A stretch of 63,530 nt of DNA, filler included, from Octopus bimaculoides (GCF_001194135.2; 6 parts of 5 records of this genome joined end to end with filler, not necessarily neighbours in it); one strand, 5' to 3'; positions 48,871 through 62,174 are shown, counted from the whole stretch's first letter. Numbers and translations are program-made. Notes: generated by a model from the sequence alone, not told the origin.

Positions 48871-51800
48871 AGCAGTACAGTATGTAGTTTCCAAATTTCT
48901 GGCAGAGTGAATTACGTCAGGGTGCCCAACTGACTCTACTATACTGTGTAGTTGACCAAATGAGAAACAAACAATGGGCATACGTGACATTAAAAATATA
49001 AAATTTCGACAATTTACCCATAGCATCACGTATATATTTGTATGTGATTATATATATATATATATATATATATACACGTCTGTGCGTGGTGTGTGAGTTT
49101 ATCGGTATATACGTATCTGTTGAAAAGATATTGTATCAACATAATTTTAGAGTATGTAAAGCGAAAAGCGCATAACACATGCTATACATTCTTTTATTCT
49201 GCCGATGCAGTCTGCCATATTTCGATAATGTGATCCAGCAGGCAACATAATGTTTTACAATGATAGGACTTATTTTTGTCGAAGGATTTTGTCTTGTTAC
49301 AAGTCCTCACATATATAACATGAAGCAACAGAAAACAGCATTAACGGAATGTGTATATACATACGTATACACACACATGCACACGCACACACACACGCAC
49401 TCACTCACACATACACACACATGCATATATACATACATAGTGACACTCTTTGTCAAGTTTAGTTGACGACTATAATTTTCCCTTACGGTATACCGTTGCA
49501 AACACAGTTTTTATTTATACGCACACACACACACATACACACGCACACACACATATACATATATATNNNNNNNNNNNNNNNNNNNNNNNNNNNNNNNNNN
49601 NNNNNNNNNNNNNNNNNNNNNNNNNNNNNNNNNNNNNNNNNNNNNNNNNNNNNNNNNNNNNNNNNNNNNNNNNNNNNNNNNNNNNNNNNNNNNNNNNNNN
49701 NNNNNNNNNNNNNNNNNNNNNNNNNNNNNNNNNNNNNNNNTATATATATATATATATATATATGTGTATCTATGTATGTCTATCTATCTACCTAACTATA
49801 GATGTTAAATGTCCACCGAAATATGTGTGTATGCATGTATCTATATATATGCGTACATGTTTTTATACCTATCTCTATTTGAGAATTTAAATGTATGAAT
49901 ATAAATTTTAAATGCTTCCTTTGCGAATGCCTTGAATAACCATTTGTTGTTGCAATATTTTCATTTCCAGATATTTTTTTCTATATTATTAAATCTGTAA
50001 TCTATTTAATCTGTAATCTATTTAATCTGAAGCTTCAATGAATACCGTCTTTACTGCTGCTACACTTTCAAATATGAACTCATATTTTAATGCACCTGTT
50101 TACAGGTATATCATATTCTAAGAAAATACATTTGTGAAATCGGAACAATACCACTAAATAAAATTGTATCGTTTTATCGATGCTCTAGGGAATTAGTCTC
50201 CATTATGCAAGATCACGAACGTACAACCTATTTCTGAAAACAGGTAAGTGAACTGGGTTGCTCTTTACGTTTTAAAGTTAAGCCTATTATTTTCACGTTG
50301 ACGCATACATGAATAATGAATGCTGGTGTTTAGCATCAAGGTGATGTTAGAAATAGCGTAAAACTGCTCAACATGTGTGGATCAGTCTCTTCTTTACAAA
50401 TTTCGTGGACAAGAATTGGAATATATTTCTTTATTTCTCAAGAATATGTTTTGTCAAATGTGACAGGAAGATGACTACGGCAAAGTAAATTCTATTGATA
50501 TTACTTGCCATCTGCTGGAAAATTTCATAAACACCTATTAAAACTATTTAGCCAAGAGTGACTTAAAATGTGAACTTTTGTTGAAACCCAAACTTGTGAG
50601 AAAGTAAAGAAATTATCTGCATGATATGCTGCGAATGACAGAATTGTATATGATTCTATGCATTTAATATGTGTTGCATTTCGGTAACTGAATAAACAAA
50701 GTCAATTAATAGAACATTGTTTCCATATTCCATTCGGGCATCCAGTGAAATAAGGAATAACAACTTCCGAAGCCTCAAAGGAAATGTTATTGTCAGTCCG
50801 ACTTCCTGTACGAAATACTTTCAGCAAATCTCATCAGTGATATGCAAAAGACAGTTAGCTGTTGATAATATACTTGTACTTATGTAATGGCTATACTTGC
50901 ATCTTTAATTATAAAATAATACGTATGTTTCCTTATGTATATATTTATAAGCCTGTTGCATATGTTACTGGAGTGATATTATTAAGAGGAGGCTAGCTTG
51001 CTCCTTTCCTTCTCTCTTTGAAAGCATCAGCATTTCGAAGAGTAACCTAAAATATGTTGTAGTTACATGTACTATTACAACTGAAACGCTAGGACCTGCG
51101 TATTGAGCATTATTTCTGGATATTTCTTTTCTTAACTTTCATCTAAGCATTCACAACAACAGCTGTCAGTCTGAGTTCGTTTCCATTCTTATAGAAGGAT
51201 ACCAAGTTTATTCATATTCATGAATAATATCTTCTGGCAATATTCCTATTTATAAAGGCACCTACTTAATCCTTAATCCTATCCAACAGATAAATATCTT
51301 AATAGATTTCTGGTATCTCCTAATAATGTGAGTGAAATTTTTCATGCCTATTTTTTAGGATAGATATTTTCTTTCATGTAGCAATTGCAACCACGTGTGA
51401 AGGCAATCTTTTTGACTTGCACAACATGTATTTATTAGCTATCTCATCTTTTGGTATAGTCAAAATATATCCTTCTGAGACAGTTGTGAAGAAATCATTG
51501 CATATCCAGAGGAGGCGAGACTTTCTTTCAGTTTTGTATGATCCTCTGTCATATATAAACATTTTCCGATGTATTTCATTCCCAAATCATTGGTTCTGTA
51601 GTGTAATACCTTTTCTCCTCTGTCACATTCAATAACGACTCAAAAGCTTGTCTCTTTCATATAACCTCGAAACATTATTTCGACTATTTTGCACACCTAT
51701 TAGAAAATGTTTGCATCCTATGAAGCCACTGTCGTACAATCACATAGATTCTGTGACTGTCATTGTTGAAATGTTAATGACGATAGGTTTTAGTGTCTTT

Positions 51801-52485
51801 CTTTGGCGTGATTTAAACATGCATACATAAAAGTAGTTATTCACTTAAAATATCATGATAGCATGTACCATGATTCCATTAATGATATCAGGTGCCCACG
51901 AAATCACGATTACGTTTAGATCCACTCGTCAAGGACTCAATGGAATCTCGAAAATGTGACAGAGGGATAGGGAAAGAAGGTATAAAAATTAGGGTGATAA
52001 ACATTTTATCTGAACAGACAGGACTAAGGCGAAATTAAGACTTATGCTAATGGACAATACACCCCACCTGTCCGGGAATGGAAAAAAACAAATCCATGAA
52101 CAATTGCAAAACACTCCAAAAATCTAGAGGAATTGGTATGAATGAATGTCTGTGTATACTTTTAGTCGACGCCCTCATAAAAGAACATTTTGGGTATGTG
52201 GTCATCCCAGTTCTCGAACCAGTGAAGAGAAACACAGCTGGAGGATTTCGGGGGTCATAAATCTTTCCCTCTCAGAATGGGTTCTTTTCGTTACATTTTC
52301 ATTTTCTTGCACCGACAAACTGATTAAAACTGTATTTTTACCTCTCAAAGCTTATGTGCTTTCGGCCAATATGACCTGATGACTCACCTACATTGTCAAG
52401 TGCAATTTATACGTGAAACCATTGATAACTTCCCGGAAAGCTATAAAGGGCTATATGAAAGAGCCAAGGTTATAGTACTCGACTA

Positions 52486-52519
<34 letters not shown>

Positions 52520-52924
52520 NNNNNNNNNNNNNNNNNNNNNNNNNNNNNNNNNNNNNNNNNNNNNNNNNNNNNNNNNNNNNNNNNNNNNNNNNNNNNNNNN
52601 NNNNNNNNNNNNNNNNNNNNNNNNNNNNNNNNNNNNNNNNNNNNNNNNNNNNNNNNNNNNNNNNNNNNNNNNNNNNNNNNNNNNNNNNNNNNNNNNNNNN
52701 NNNNNNNNNNNNNNNNNNNNNNNNNNNNNNNNNNNNNNNNNNNNNNTATATGCATTTGCATCTTACATGGACATACGTCTTTATCTCATATACGTGTATA
52801 TACATATATATACATAAACACATATATGCATACACATGTATATGTACATCTACATGTGCATCTGCACATACACATTTTGTCTATCTACCTACATACATAC
52901 ATGCATACATACTTACATGATGAT

Positions 52925-53545
52925 CGCCACTTCTTTACAGAAGAAGGCTATCTCTTCAATTAGTAAATACTGTCATGATATCTTATATGACTAGCAACCT
53001 CTACTCTTGACAAACAAACTCTACGGCAGATCTTACAAATATCTTTAAGCACAAAAGTGTTTGGGATCGTAGTAATTTCTGTCTACGTAGTGCTTGTTTC
53101 AAGATAGATTGTACAATTCTTCGAGCATCAAATGTTTTACATCTATTGTAGATCATTTGTTTCGAAACCGATCGATCTTGCATCATCTACTCCCAGTCTG
53201 CCTCTTTCACATTAAAACCCTGAAGACTGCTTCAGACAGCATCCCTAAAACGTTTCTTAGGTTTATGTCGCCGGCATTTGCTACGCTGAAACCCTCCGTA
53301 AAACAACTGCTTTGGCAACCTGTCATACTGCATCCTAGCAAGGTGCCCAACCCCCTCGCGCCTGATTGCGAATGAGGATCATTACAACACTGGATGTGTT
53401 AGCTTACTGAAGATCAACGGTGTCTGGTTTTAAAGACTTCTAATTGATGTCTAGAATCCTCCTTAGGCAAGTCTGATGAAATCTTTGTAAAGCCTTGGTG
53501 TGACGCCGATATGATGTCCAGGTCTCAGAAGAGTTCAGGAGGACC
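52925..53545 (-). mobile_element. 3' portion of an RTE-clade LINE with C-terminal C2H2 finger (52975..53037), stop 52960..52962
   Basis: SETWTSYRRHTKALQRFHQTCLRRILDI; GHLARM.YDRLPKQLFYG..KPKKRFRD; terminal CKICRRVCLSRVEVASHIRYH. Confidence 0.9.
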
Positions 53546-54379
53546 TGTGTATGAAAACATGCTCACATACATACATACATACATACATACATGCATACAC
53601 ACATGCATGCATGCATGCATACATACATACATAATACATACATACATAAATACATACATACATACATACATACATACATACATACGTTTGTGTGTACCGA
53701 ATCACATACTTGTTTAGTATGCTACTATAAACGAAAGAGCAAACATTTTCTACGAACTTATTCAGATCGATTCTGTATCAGTTTTTGCATTGTTATTTCA
53801 TGCAATGTGAAATAGATACATTTCATACAAACCGAATGGCCTCGTAATTTATTTTACTTCTTTTATCTATTACTGCCTTAGTGCTTTATACATCTAGATG
53901 GCTCAGTTGAAAAAGTAATCAAACCTTCTCCTAAATGCAGTGAATTAGAAAATAGTTTTGAAATGAAAATGTATTAAATTCCATTACCGTCAGGTGTACT
54001 ACCGTTTTTCAAGCAATGATTGGATTAAAGTTATTCAGTATCATTTATTTCCTTGCTACTCGCATGTTCCTGCTTGTTGTCGCTTTTCTTCCTTTTATTC
54101 TTCTCTTACTGTTTTGTTTCCATTTGTCGATAAAAATTTCTTTCAGTGTTATAAACATTGCTTAGGACATTTTTCAATAGAATATACTGAATGAGAATAG
54201 GGCGGTAATGAGATGGTTAACTTCTCCCCTGATCTTGATGTAATTCTCTAACACTGAAAGTTAATGAATATATTCTAAAGTATTAAGTTTCTAAAACTAC
54301 ATTTTGTATGTACAACGGATTTTCCGAAGAAACCTGTTTATTTTTATTGTGAATTTTATGGTTATTAAATTAGACACTA

Positions 54380-54428
54380 AATAATAATAATAATAATAAT
54401 AACAATAATAATGATGATTATGATGAAA

Positions 54429-54481
<53 letters not shown>

Positions 54482-54491
54482 AATGATGATG

Positions 54492-54561
<70 letters not shown>

Positions 54562-54650
54562 GAGAAGAAGAAGAAGAAGAAGAAGAAGAAGAAGAAGAAG
54601 AAGAAGAAGAAGAAGAAGAAGAAGAAGAAGAAGAAGAAGAAGAAGAAGAA
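54380..54650. repeat. Compound (AAT)n-(ATG)n-(AAT)n-(GAA)n microsatellite
   Basis: Directly visible. Confidence 0.97.
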
Positions 54651-55665
54651 TTTAAGGTAGAGAACTTGCGCAGACTGAAACTGATCCTTAGGTCGAAATT
54701 TAACGGACGGAATAACATTGAAGCAATCAACACATGATGGGCGTTTTCACTCGCATGGACAGAAGACAAACTAAACAGCTTAGAGAGAAAGCCAAAGAAG
54801 TTGCTGATTGTATATGGGATACTCTACCCAAAAAGTGACACAGACAGACTCTATGTACCAAGCAAATAGAGGAAAGAGGATTGATTGATGTGAACATAGC
54901 ATTAAGGCAGAAGAAAACAACACAGCATGGTATGTAAAAAATGCCACAGAACCGCTATTGCTCGAAGTAAGACCATCAGCCTTGTATAGGATGGAAAATG
55001 GCAAAGATAAAGCACTGTGTAAGCACTTGAGAATGAATGAAACTGAAAATAGATGAATAAAGAAAAGAATGCATGTACAATTTCACAGGGATATTGAAGA
55101 TAACACAGACAGAGGAAAGAGATGGCTATGGATGACTAAAAATAATTTGAAACCGGAAACAAAATGGGGGATCTAATCTGTGCTAACCAGGACATACACC
55201 CGAAGGCATCATCGAAAGGGATAATGCAAAGAATCTATGGGATTTCATGACTCACTGCGACCTTCCGATAGAGAATAAGAAACCAGACATAGTATTAATT
55301 GAGAAAGAAATCAATTGATGCTGGATCATAGATATAGCATGCCCAGCTGACAACAAGGTATGCGATAAGGAAGCTATAACAGGTTAGCTTGGAGTGTTAT
55401 GCATTCGTGGTTGCTGAGAAAGGTGGTAGTAGAACTAATAATTGCCGGAGCTCTGGGAACAGTGAGTAAAAATCTCGAGAAGTACATGGAACAAGTAGGG
55501 GCTGCAACAAGGATGAGGCACTTGCAGAAAACAGCACTACTTGGAACCGCTCGAATACTCTAGATAGTGCTCTAAAAACAATGGGTGTTACCTTACTTCA
55601 CTGGTATTGAATCGCTGACACCTTACAACACCTCCAACATTAAAAGCTCTGCAAAGACAATTAAA
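54651..55665 (+). mobile_element. 5'-truncated R4/Dong-like non-LTR retrotransposon with restriction-like endonuclease remnant and (AAC)/(AAT)n tail
   Basis: RRLKLILRSKFNGRNNIEAINT; YPKSDTDRLYVP; LKPET..LICA; LWDF..D..IENKKPDIVLIEKE..CWIIDIACPAD; GALGTVSKNL..LQKTALLGTARIL. The CCHC finger region appears deleted. Confidence 0.88.
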
Positions 55666-55721
55666 TAACAACAACAACAACAACAACAAAAGTAGCAACA
55701 ACATTAATAGCAATAATAGCA

Positions 55722-55794
<73 letters not shown>

Positions 55795-55797
<3 letters not shown>

Positions 55798-55876
55798 GGC
55801 TGTAAAAATCAATTATTGATCAATAAAGCCATAACTGAAGACAGCCCCAGAAAGAAGAAAGGCCTCAGTATGGCCT
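55795..55876 (+). mobile_element. R4/Dong-like RT fragment starting directly after (AAT)n, running into a gap
   Basis: Translates YGCKNQLLINKAITEDSPRKKKGLSMA (cf. GCKDQLLIDK...NLSMAWIDY of this clade). Confidence 0.75.
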
Positions 55877-55920
55877 NNNNNNNNNNNNNNNNNNNNNNNN
55901 NNNNNNNNNNNNNNNNNNNN

Positions 55921-55932
55921 TTAATTAATTAA
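55921..55932. other. Artificial scaffold linker TTAATTAATTAA
   Basis: 44 N on each side. Confidence 0.95.
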
Positions 55933-56407
55933 NNNNNNNNNNNNNNNNNNNNNNNNNNNNNNNNNNNNNNNNNNNNGAATGATGTTCAAGCACAAAGTCC
56001 AAGAAACACAGTGCTTAAAGATTTTTACAAGTGGTGTCAGTAAATATTCCGCCTGTACATAGAACAACATAGAATGGGTCCGCAGAAAGCAAAGTTGCCC
56101 TGTTGAAAATCCAGCCTGAGAACATGCTGTATAGGCTAGTAAGAGTATACTGGACACACCGGCCAACAACAATACATCTTAACAATCCTGTTACCTCTAA
56201 CATTTAATCTCCTAGTTATTCTGATTTAAATCTTCTGAGCTACTGTGTCTGGAGCACCGTTGAGAGAAAGACCAACAAGCATGCTCACAATACCAAGGGC
56301 TTGCAGATATTTGTCTTGGGGGATTTTATGGTAAACATGAATGAAGATTCTTTGTTCAACGTATTTAGTCATTTCAGAAGCCGTATCGAAGAAATAATCG
56401 ATAAAAA

Positions 56408-56565
56408 GCCTAGGCCTGGAGTGGTACTTTATTTTATCGACCCCCAAAAGAATGAGAGGTAAAGTCAACCTCGGAGGAATTTCCACCTCAGAATATGAAG
56501 AATCGGAAGAAATGCTGCAAAGTATTCTGTCCGGCTTGTTAACGATTCTGTCAGCTTTTCACCTT
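56408..56565 (-). mobile_element. SINE family A, degenerate
   Basis: ggtactttattttatcgacccccaaaagaatgagaggtaaagtcaacctcggaggaattt. Confidence 0.8.
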
Positions 56566-57782
56566 CAAAAAAATTGGCTTCGAAAAAGGGACATGGATAA
56601 AAGGCAAGACAAATGACCCCTGTAGAAGGCATTAATTAGTCACTCCTGACTAGAAGGTAAAAAGGAAAAAAACCTCTTTCAGTGGATACAAGATCATGGC
56701 CCTTCCACCAAAACGGTGGGGGATATCTAAAATCTACAAAAGAAAAGATAAATATTTTTTAACACCTACCGATAAATACAATCTTCAGCAAAGCAAAAGC
56801 GCAAGGAATCACGGAAATGTCACTGAGCAGGTATTGGGTGACCTGGAAGAAACCTTTTGGTTTCAAACTGACCAGTAGAGAATCGACGTCGATCATTTTG
56901 TCCGCTGTTTAACCGTAACACTAATTATTACTTCTTTGGAAATGTTGATAATGTCGACGAAGATGACAAAGACGACCAGGACGACGGTGATGACGACGGT
57001 GATGACGATGATACTGATCTGGTGATGACAATGCCGTGGATGAAGTCGATACTGCTGCAAATATAATCGTCGTTGAACTTTGTGTTAGCTTCAATGCGTT
57101 TGTATTTTTCGACGTGTATCACAGCTACACTCCACCATTCTGGTTCTGATAGTTTATGATTCCTCTCTCTATAAGTTATATTGTTATCATTGTAATGTAG
57201 TTGTAATGTACCAATCGGCTACGCTTGATGGGGGTGGCTAAAGTTATGTCAGAAACTGATATGGCAAGGTAGAAGGTTGGTCGCATTACAACAACTGTCA
57301 TACAGAAAGATCGTTTCTACGGTCCATAGCACAATCCCACACGCAAACACACACATATACGCAAACAGAAACACATGCCAAAAGATACAAACATACAACT
57401 ACAAACACATTCACCCATACACGCAGCCACTCAGTGATTAAGCTAAAATTGGACAAGACGGTAACTGAAGAAAAGAGTAATGTGCGTGTGTATGTGTGTG
57501 TGTGTGTTTGTGCGTGTGTGTGCGTGTACATAGACATAATGTGTAGGTTTCTCTATATACGAATACACATACACACACACGTTCGCACGCTCACACACAC
57601 ATACTCACCACACACATATATAACAAACATGAGTTAAGAGAAATAGCTCAAAGTGGCCAGTGGTATATACATAGACAAATACAGGTGTATCAAATGCCAT
57701 ACAAAACAAAAGGCATGTGCCTGTGTGTGTGTGTGTGTGTGTGTGAGTGTGTGAGTGTGTGTCTGAGCGTGTGTGTATACCC

Positions 57783-57975
57783 ATTTTTATTGTTTTATTT
57801 GTTTCAGTCATTTGACTGCGGCCTTGCTGGAGCACTGCCTTTAATCAAACAAATCGAGCCCAGGACTTATTCTTTGTAAGCCTAGAACTAATTCTATTGG
57901 TCTCTTTTGCCGAACCGCTAAGTTACGGGGACGTAAACACATCAACATCAGTTGTCAATCGATGGTAGGGACACA
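57783..57975 (-). mobile_element. SINE family B, 3' half
   Basis: tttatttgtttcagtcatttgactgcggcc..gccgaaccgctaagttacggggacgtaaacac. Confidence 0.9.
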
Positions 57976-57989
57976 CGCACACACTTATA

Positions 57990-58245
57990 TATCTTCAACA
58001 TCCTGAAACAACCCTTATTCAGGGACCTTTTGACTGGGATGGACTACTCAACTTGCAGAAAATTCTGACTGGGCCCCACCTGCAAGGTCACGTGCTGTTT
58101 ATCTTGATATGGGATCACCATGTTGTGCTCATATGGTTTTGATGCATGTGCCTGGTGTACCCTTATCAGACGGGTAGTCATGATGGGTATGCTGGGCTTC
58201 ATATATTTGTACCCTACTTTGATGGCATGCGCTGCTCTCTCACTC

Positions 58246-58312
<67 letters not shown>

Positions 58313-58320
58313 GCAAGCTT
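57990..58320 (+). mobile_element. Unclassified retroposon 3' end terminating in (AAT)n
   Basis: Non-repetitive about 255-bp body ending ctctctcactc directly in a long (AAT)n tail; no ORF. Confidence 0.5.
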
Positions 58321-58466
58321 ACAAAATATTATTATCATTATTTACAAACGTCTAAAATTGGCACCGCTTACCAAATAATCGCGGAAAGGAATGAGAAGAA
58401 AAAAATTGAGAGAACGAAAATGTGGAGAAATAATTAAATTTTCAGGGATTTATATATGTGAGTGTG

Positions 58467-58510
<44 letters not shown>

Positions 58511-58899
58511 CACACACATACACACACTTCAGTTTATTGCAGGAAACAGAACTTGTATTGGTATAGGGATCGTAGATCCACTCGAATATATTTGCTGAAT
58601 ACAAACCTTTATGACATTACACAAACACTTGAAAAGTAGTAGACTCTCACACATAAATATTTACGATTTTATCAAACTCTCTTCCTCTCTCTTTCTCTCT
58701 CTTTCTCTCCCTCCTTCACATTCCGTTCTTTATCTCCCTTTCTCTCTTTGCGTTTCACATTACACTTTCACTCCCATATCCTCGCCCTCTCCCTTTCTCT
58801 TTGACACACATAAACGCAGATATTTGACAAACAACGTTTCAACCGAAATTATATTAAACCCTACGGAAACCTCTTGTAGATTATTTTATCTGAGATTAA

Positions 58900-59615
58900 T
58901 TTTGCTTGAATGGTGACTACGGGAACCTTTGGCTTACTTCCTATGGCTTACTTCCTATAGATAATTTTCTTTAATTTCTTTTGCCATAAAAAACTTACTT
59001 CTTTCGAAATTTCCTTTGTTCTTTCTTTCTTTCTTTCCTTTGATGGTACCTCCAAGGAACAGTTAGCGACCGACAATTTGAAGTTTCATCGGTATCCTGC
59101 AGTTGGTTTCCAAAAAATGCTCTTCTAGAGGAACAGGTCTTCTTTTCCTATGTGAGTCCCACCCTGCAACCTTAGTCAGGACATCAACCGGTTCCCTCAG
59201 TTCAGTACAGCACCCGGTAACACCACACAGCTGCTGTGATGACTCTGGTAGGTCTCGATGCTGTCACACCCCGGGTCTCACGAAAGTCTTCTCTGAGGCC
59301 GAAATCACAAGCGGACACTTCGGACCATCAAACCTCCCAACCACTTGTCATCTTCTCAGGGGTGGGGCTTCTTTGAAATTCTCGGCTGGATGTTGCCCCT
59401 TAACACCAGCCCCTTCAAGTTTCCTGACTCTCCTTTATCTTCTCTTACCTTCTTCTTACTCTTCATTCTTGTAACACAGTCAAAACTCAGATACCCTTTT
59501 TCACCACACTCTAAATGGGAACTTTCTACTGCCGTCCTTGTGCCCTTGTGCTTCTTGTGCCCTGGCTTCCCACAGTGCCAGCAATTTCCTCCAACCTTCT
59601 CTTGTTCTTTCTTCT
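58900..59615 (-). mobile_element. Degenerate retroelement gag/ORF1-like fragment with two CCHC knuckle remnants
   Basis: CWHCGKPGHKKHKG and HLECGEKGYLSFDC in ORF 59356..59619; Lys/Glu-rich flanks; stops downstream. Confidence 0.6.
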
Positions 59616-59891
59616 TCATATATATATATACATATATAGATATATATATTAATTTATCAGCAAGTTTTAATGTGTACTTCTTAGCTTCCTTTTCTTCTCA
59701 ATTATCAGGATTGGGTGTATGACAGCAAATGAATAAATTAAATGCAACACTAGGCGTTTCCCATATCTGCACAGCGTTCACTTTACAAATAACGGCAGCG
59801 GATGTAAACAATGTATATTTGTGTGTGTGTATGCGTGTGTGCGCGTATGTGTGCGTGTACATTTATGCATGTATGTATGTACGTATTGTAT

Positions 59892-60125
59892 CTTATTTCT
59901 TTGTTGCCCACAAGGGGCTAAACATAGAGGGGACAAGCAAGGACAGACAAAGGGGTTAAGTCGATTACATCGACCCCAGTGCGTAACTGGTACTTAATTT
60001 ATCGACTCCGAAAGGATGAAAGGCAAAGTCGACCTCGGCGGAATTTGAACTCAGAACGTAGCAGCAGACGAAATACCGCTAAGCATTTCGCCCGGCGTGC
60101 TAACGTTTCTGCCAGTTCGCCGCCC
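59892..60125 (-). mobile_element. Full-length, near-consensus SINE family A
   Basis: Minus: ggcggcgaactggcagaaacg (A box), gagttcaaattccg (B box), gcctttcatcctttcggagtcgataaattaagtaccag central block. Confidence 0.95.
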
Positions 60126-60310
60126 TATTATCCGTTATATGAAACAAAAACATTAAATTTAAGAATCCGTCTATCTAGCATACTTAATGTAAACACACAC
60201 TTGACAGGAAAGGGTTATTTATCTAAAGATAACATCTCTAATGTGTGTGTGTGTATATATATGTAGNNNNNNNNNNNNNNNNNNNNNNNNNNNNNNNNNN
60301 NNNNNNNNNN

Positions 60311-60322
60311 TTAATTAATTAA
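60311..60322. other. Artificial scaffold linker TTAATTAATTAA
   Basis: 44 N on each side. Confidence 0.95.
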
Positions 60323-60366
60323 NNNNNNNNNNNNNNNNNNNNNNNNNNNNNNNNNNNNNNNNNNNN

Positions 60367-60457
<91 letters not shown>

Positions 60458-60700
60458 ATGTATATATATGTATATAAAGAGAGAGAGAGAGAGAGCGAGA
60501 GAGAAGGAGATGCATTGAAATGCTTACGCACACAAGCTCATACGTGTGTGTTTCTGCACATTCGTTCGATGTAATTTTCTTTCTTCTATTATTCCTGATT
60601 TATCTAACTCTTTCTCCCGCTCATCTCTATCCATTTCTCGTCATCGCTCTCTGCATCTGAGATGAAATTATTCTTTCTTTCTTTCTCTCTCTCTCTCGTA

Positions 60701-60731
<31 letters not shown>

Positions 60732-60904
60732 GTACACTATACACTATACACTATACACTACACTCCTCCGTACACACAGACATTCTTCACTACCTCCATG
60801 GGTATCTAAAATCAACCTCTAAAAGCCGAGAGGAAGGAGTGATGGTCGTGCGTGGAGCTCCTCTGCTGTCCTGCGGTTTCGCTTGTAAAACCTTCGTTCC
60901 ACCA

Positions 60905-61060
60905 ACCAACGGGGGTGGAGACTAAAACTATGAACGCCAATGGCTTCTGACCAATCATATCGTCGCGCTCAACACAGACTTTCAACAATCACTGCAAATG
61001 CACGCTCTCCGTAATCTCTGTTCCTATTGGATAATACTCATCGTCAACAGCCCAATGGCA
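60905..61060. promoter_or_regulatory. Candidate NF-Y/CCAAT-box promoter
   Basis: CCAAT at 60937, 60951 and 61052; ATTGG at 61026; GGGGTGG at about 60911; raised CpG content; unique sequence. Confidence 0.4.
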
Positions 61061-61107
61061 ACACAGAGCTTTCTTAACGCTTTCAAATTAAGCAGACTAT
61101 TCAGATA

Positions 61108-61129
61108 ACCATTATTATTATTATTATTA

Positions 61130-61198
<69 letters not shown>

Positions 61199-61214
61199 AT
61201 ATTTATTATTATTA

Positions 61215-61278
<64 letters not shown>

Positions 61279-61525
61279 GGTGGAGATCTGGTAGAATCGT
61301 TAGCGCGCCGGACGAAATGCTTAGCGAGATTTCGCCCACCTTTATTTACGTTCTGAGTTCAAATTCTGCTGGGGTCGACTTTGCCTTTCAACCTTTTGTG
61401 GTCGATAAATCAACTACCAGTGAAACACTGGGGTTGATGTAATCCCCACAAATTTGAGGCATTGTATCTCCAGTAGAAAGGATTATTATTATTATCATCA
61501 TCATCATCATCATCATTATTATTAC

Positions 61526-61561
<36 letters not shown>

Positions 61562-61958
61562 GGCGATGAGTTCAAATTCCGCCAAGATCGACTTTTCCTT
61601 TCATTCTTTTGGGGTCGATGAAATAAGTACGAGCTGAATGCTGGGAGTTGACGTCATCGACTTAATCCCCTCCCCCAAACTTGTTGGCCCTGTGCCAAGA
61701 TTTCAAACCAATATTTTAAATTCTATAAGACAAGCTGGCGGAATCGTTACCGCGCCGGGCAAAATGGTTATGGGCATCGCGTCCGTCTTTACGTTTCGAG
61801 TTCAAATTCCGCCGATGTTGACTTTGCCTTTCATCCTTTCGGAGTCGATAAATCAAGTACCAGTGAAACACTGGGGTCGATATAATCGACTAGTCCCTTC
61901 TCCCAAATTTCAGGCATTGTGCCTTTAGTAGAAATAATTATTATTATTATTATTATCA

Positions 61959-62013
<55 letters not shown>

Positions 62014-62014
62014 C

Positions 62015-62074
<60 letters not shown>
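61108..62074 (+). mobile_element. Three head-to-tail family A SINEs (61277..61482, 61560..61715, 61730..61937) embedded in (ATT)/(ATC)n arrays
   Basis: Each carries gagttcaaattc..gtcgac/ttgcctttca..ctggggt and ends running into attattatt. Confidence 0.9.
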
Positions 62075-62118
62075 NNNNNNNNNNNNNNNNNNNNNNNNNN
62101 NNNNNNNNNNNNNNNNNN

Positions 62119-62130
62119 TTAATTAATTAA
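62119..62130. other. Artificial scaffold linker TTAATTAATTAA
   Basis: 44 N on each side. Confidence 0.95.
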
Positions 62131-62174
62131 NNNNNNNNNNNNNNNNNNNNNNNNNNNNNNNNNNNNNNNNNNNN

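Noticed and set aside
52388-52450. Minus-strand exon candidate (ag|...tag|gtgagt) reading FREVINGFTYKLHLTM
   Set aside because: The only open frame ends in TAG at the donor and the other frames have stops; no further support
61108-62074. Idea that SINE A is mobilised by the R4/Dong-like LINE
   Set aside because: No 3' end similarity to the R4 tail at 55565..55665, and SINE A ends in (ATT)n whereas the R4 copy ends in (AAT)n on its sense strand
23054-62130. Five identical TTAATTAATTAA islands (could look like a conserved motif or array)
   Set aside because: Each sits centrally in an exact 44N+12+44N gap and encodes stops in all six frames, so it is a scaffolding linker
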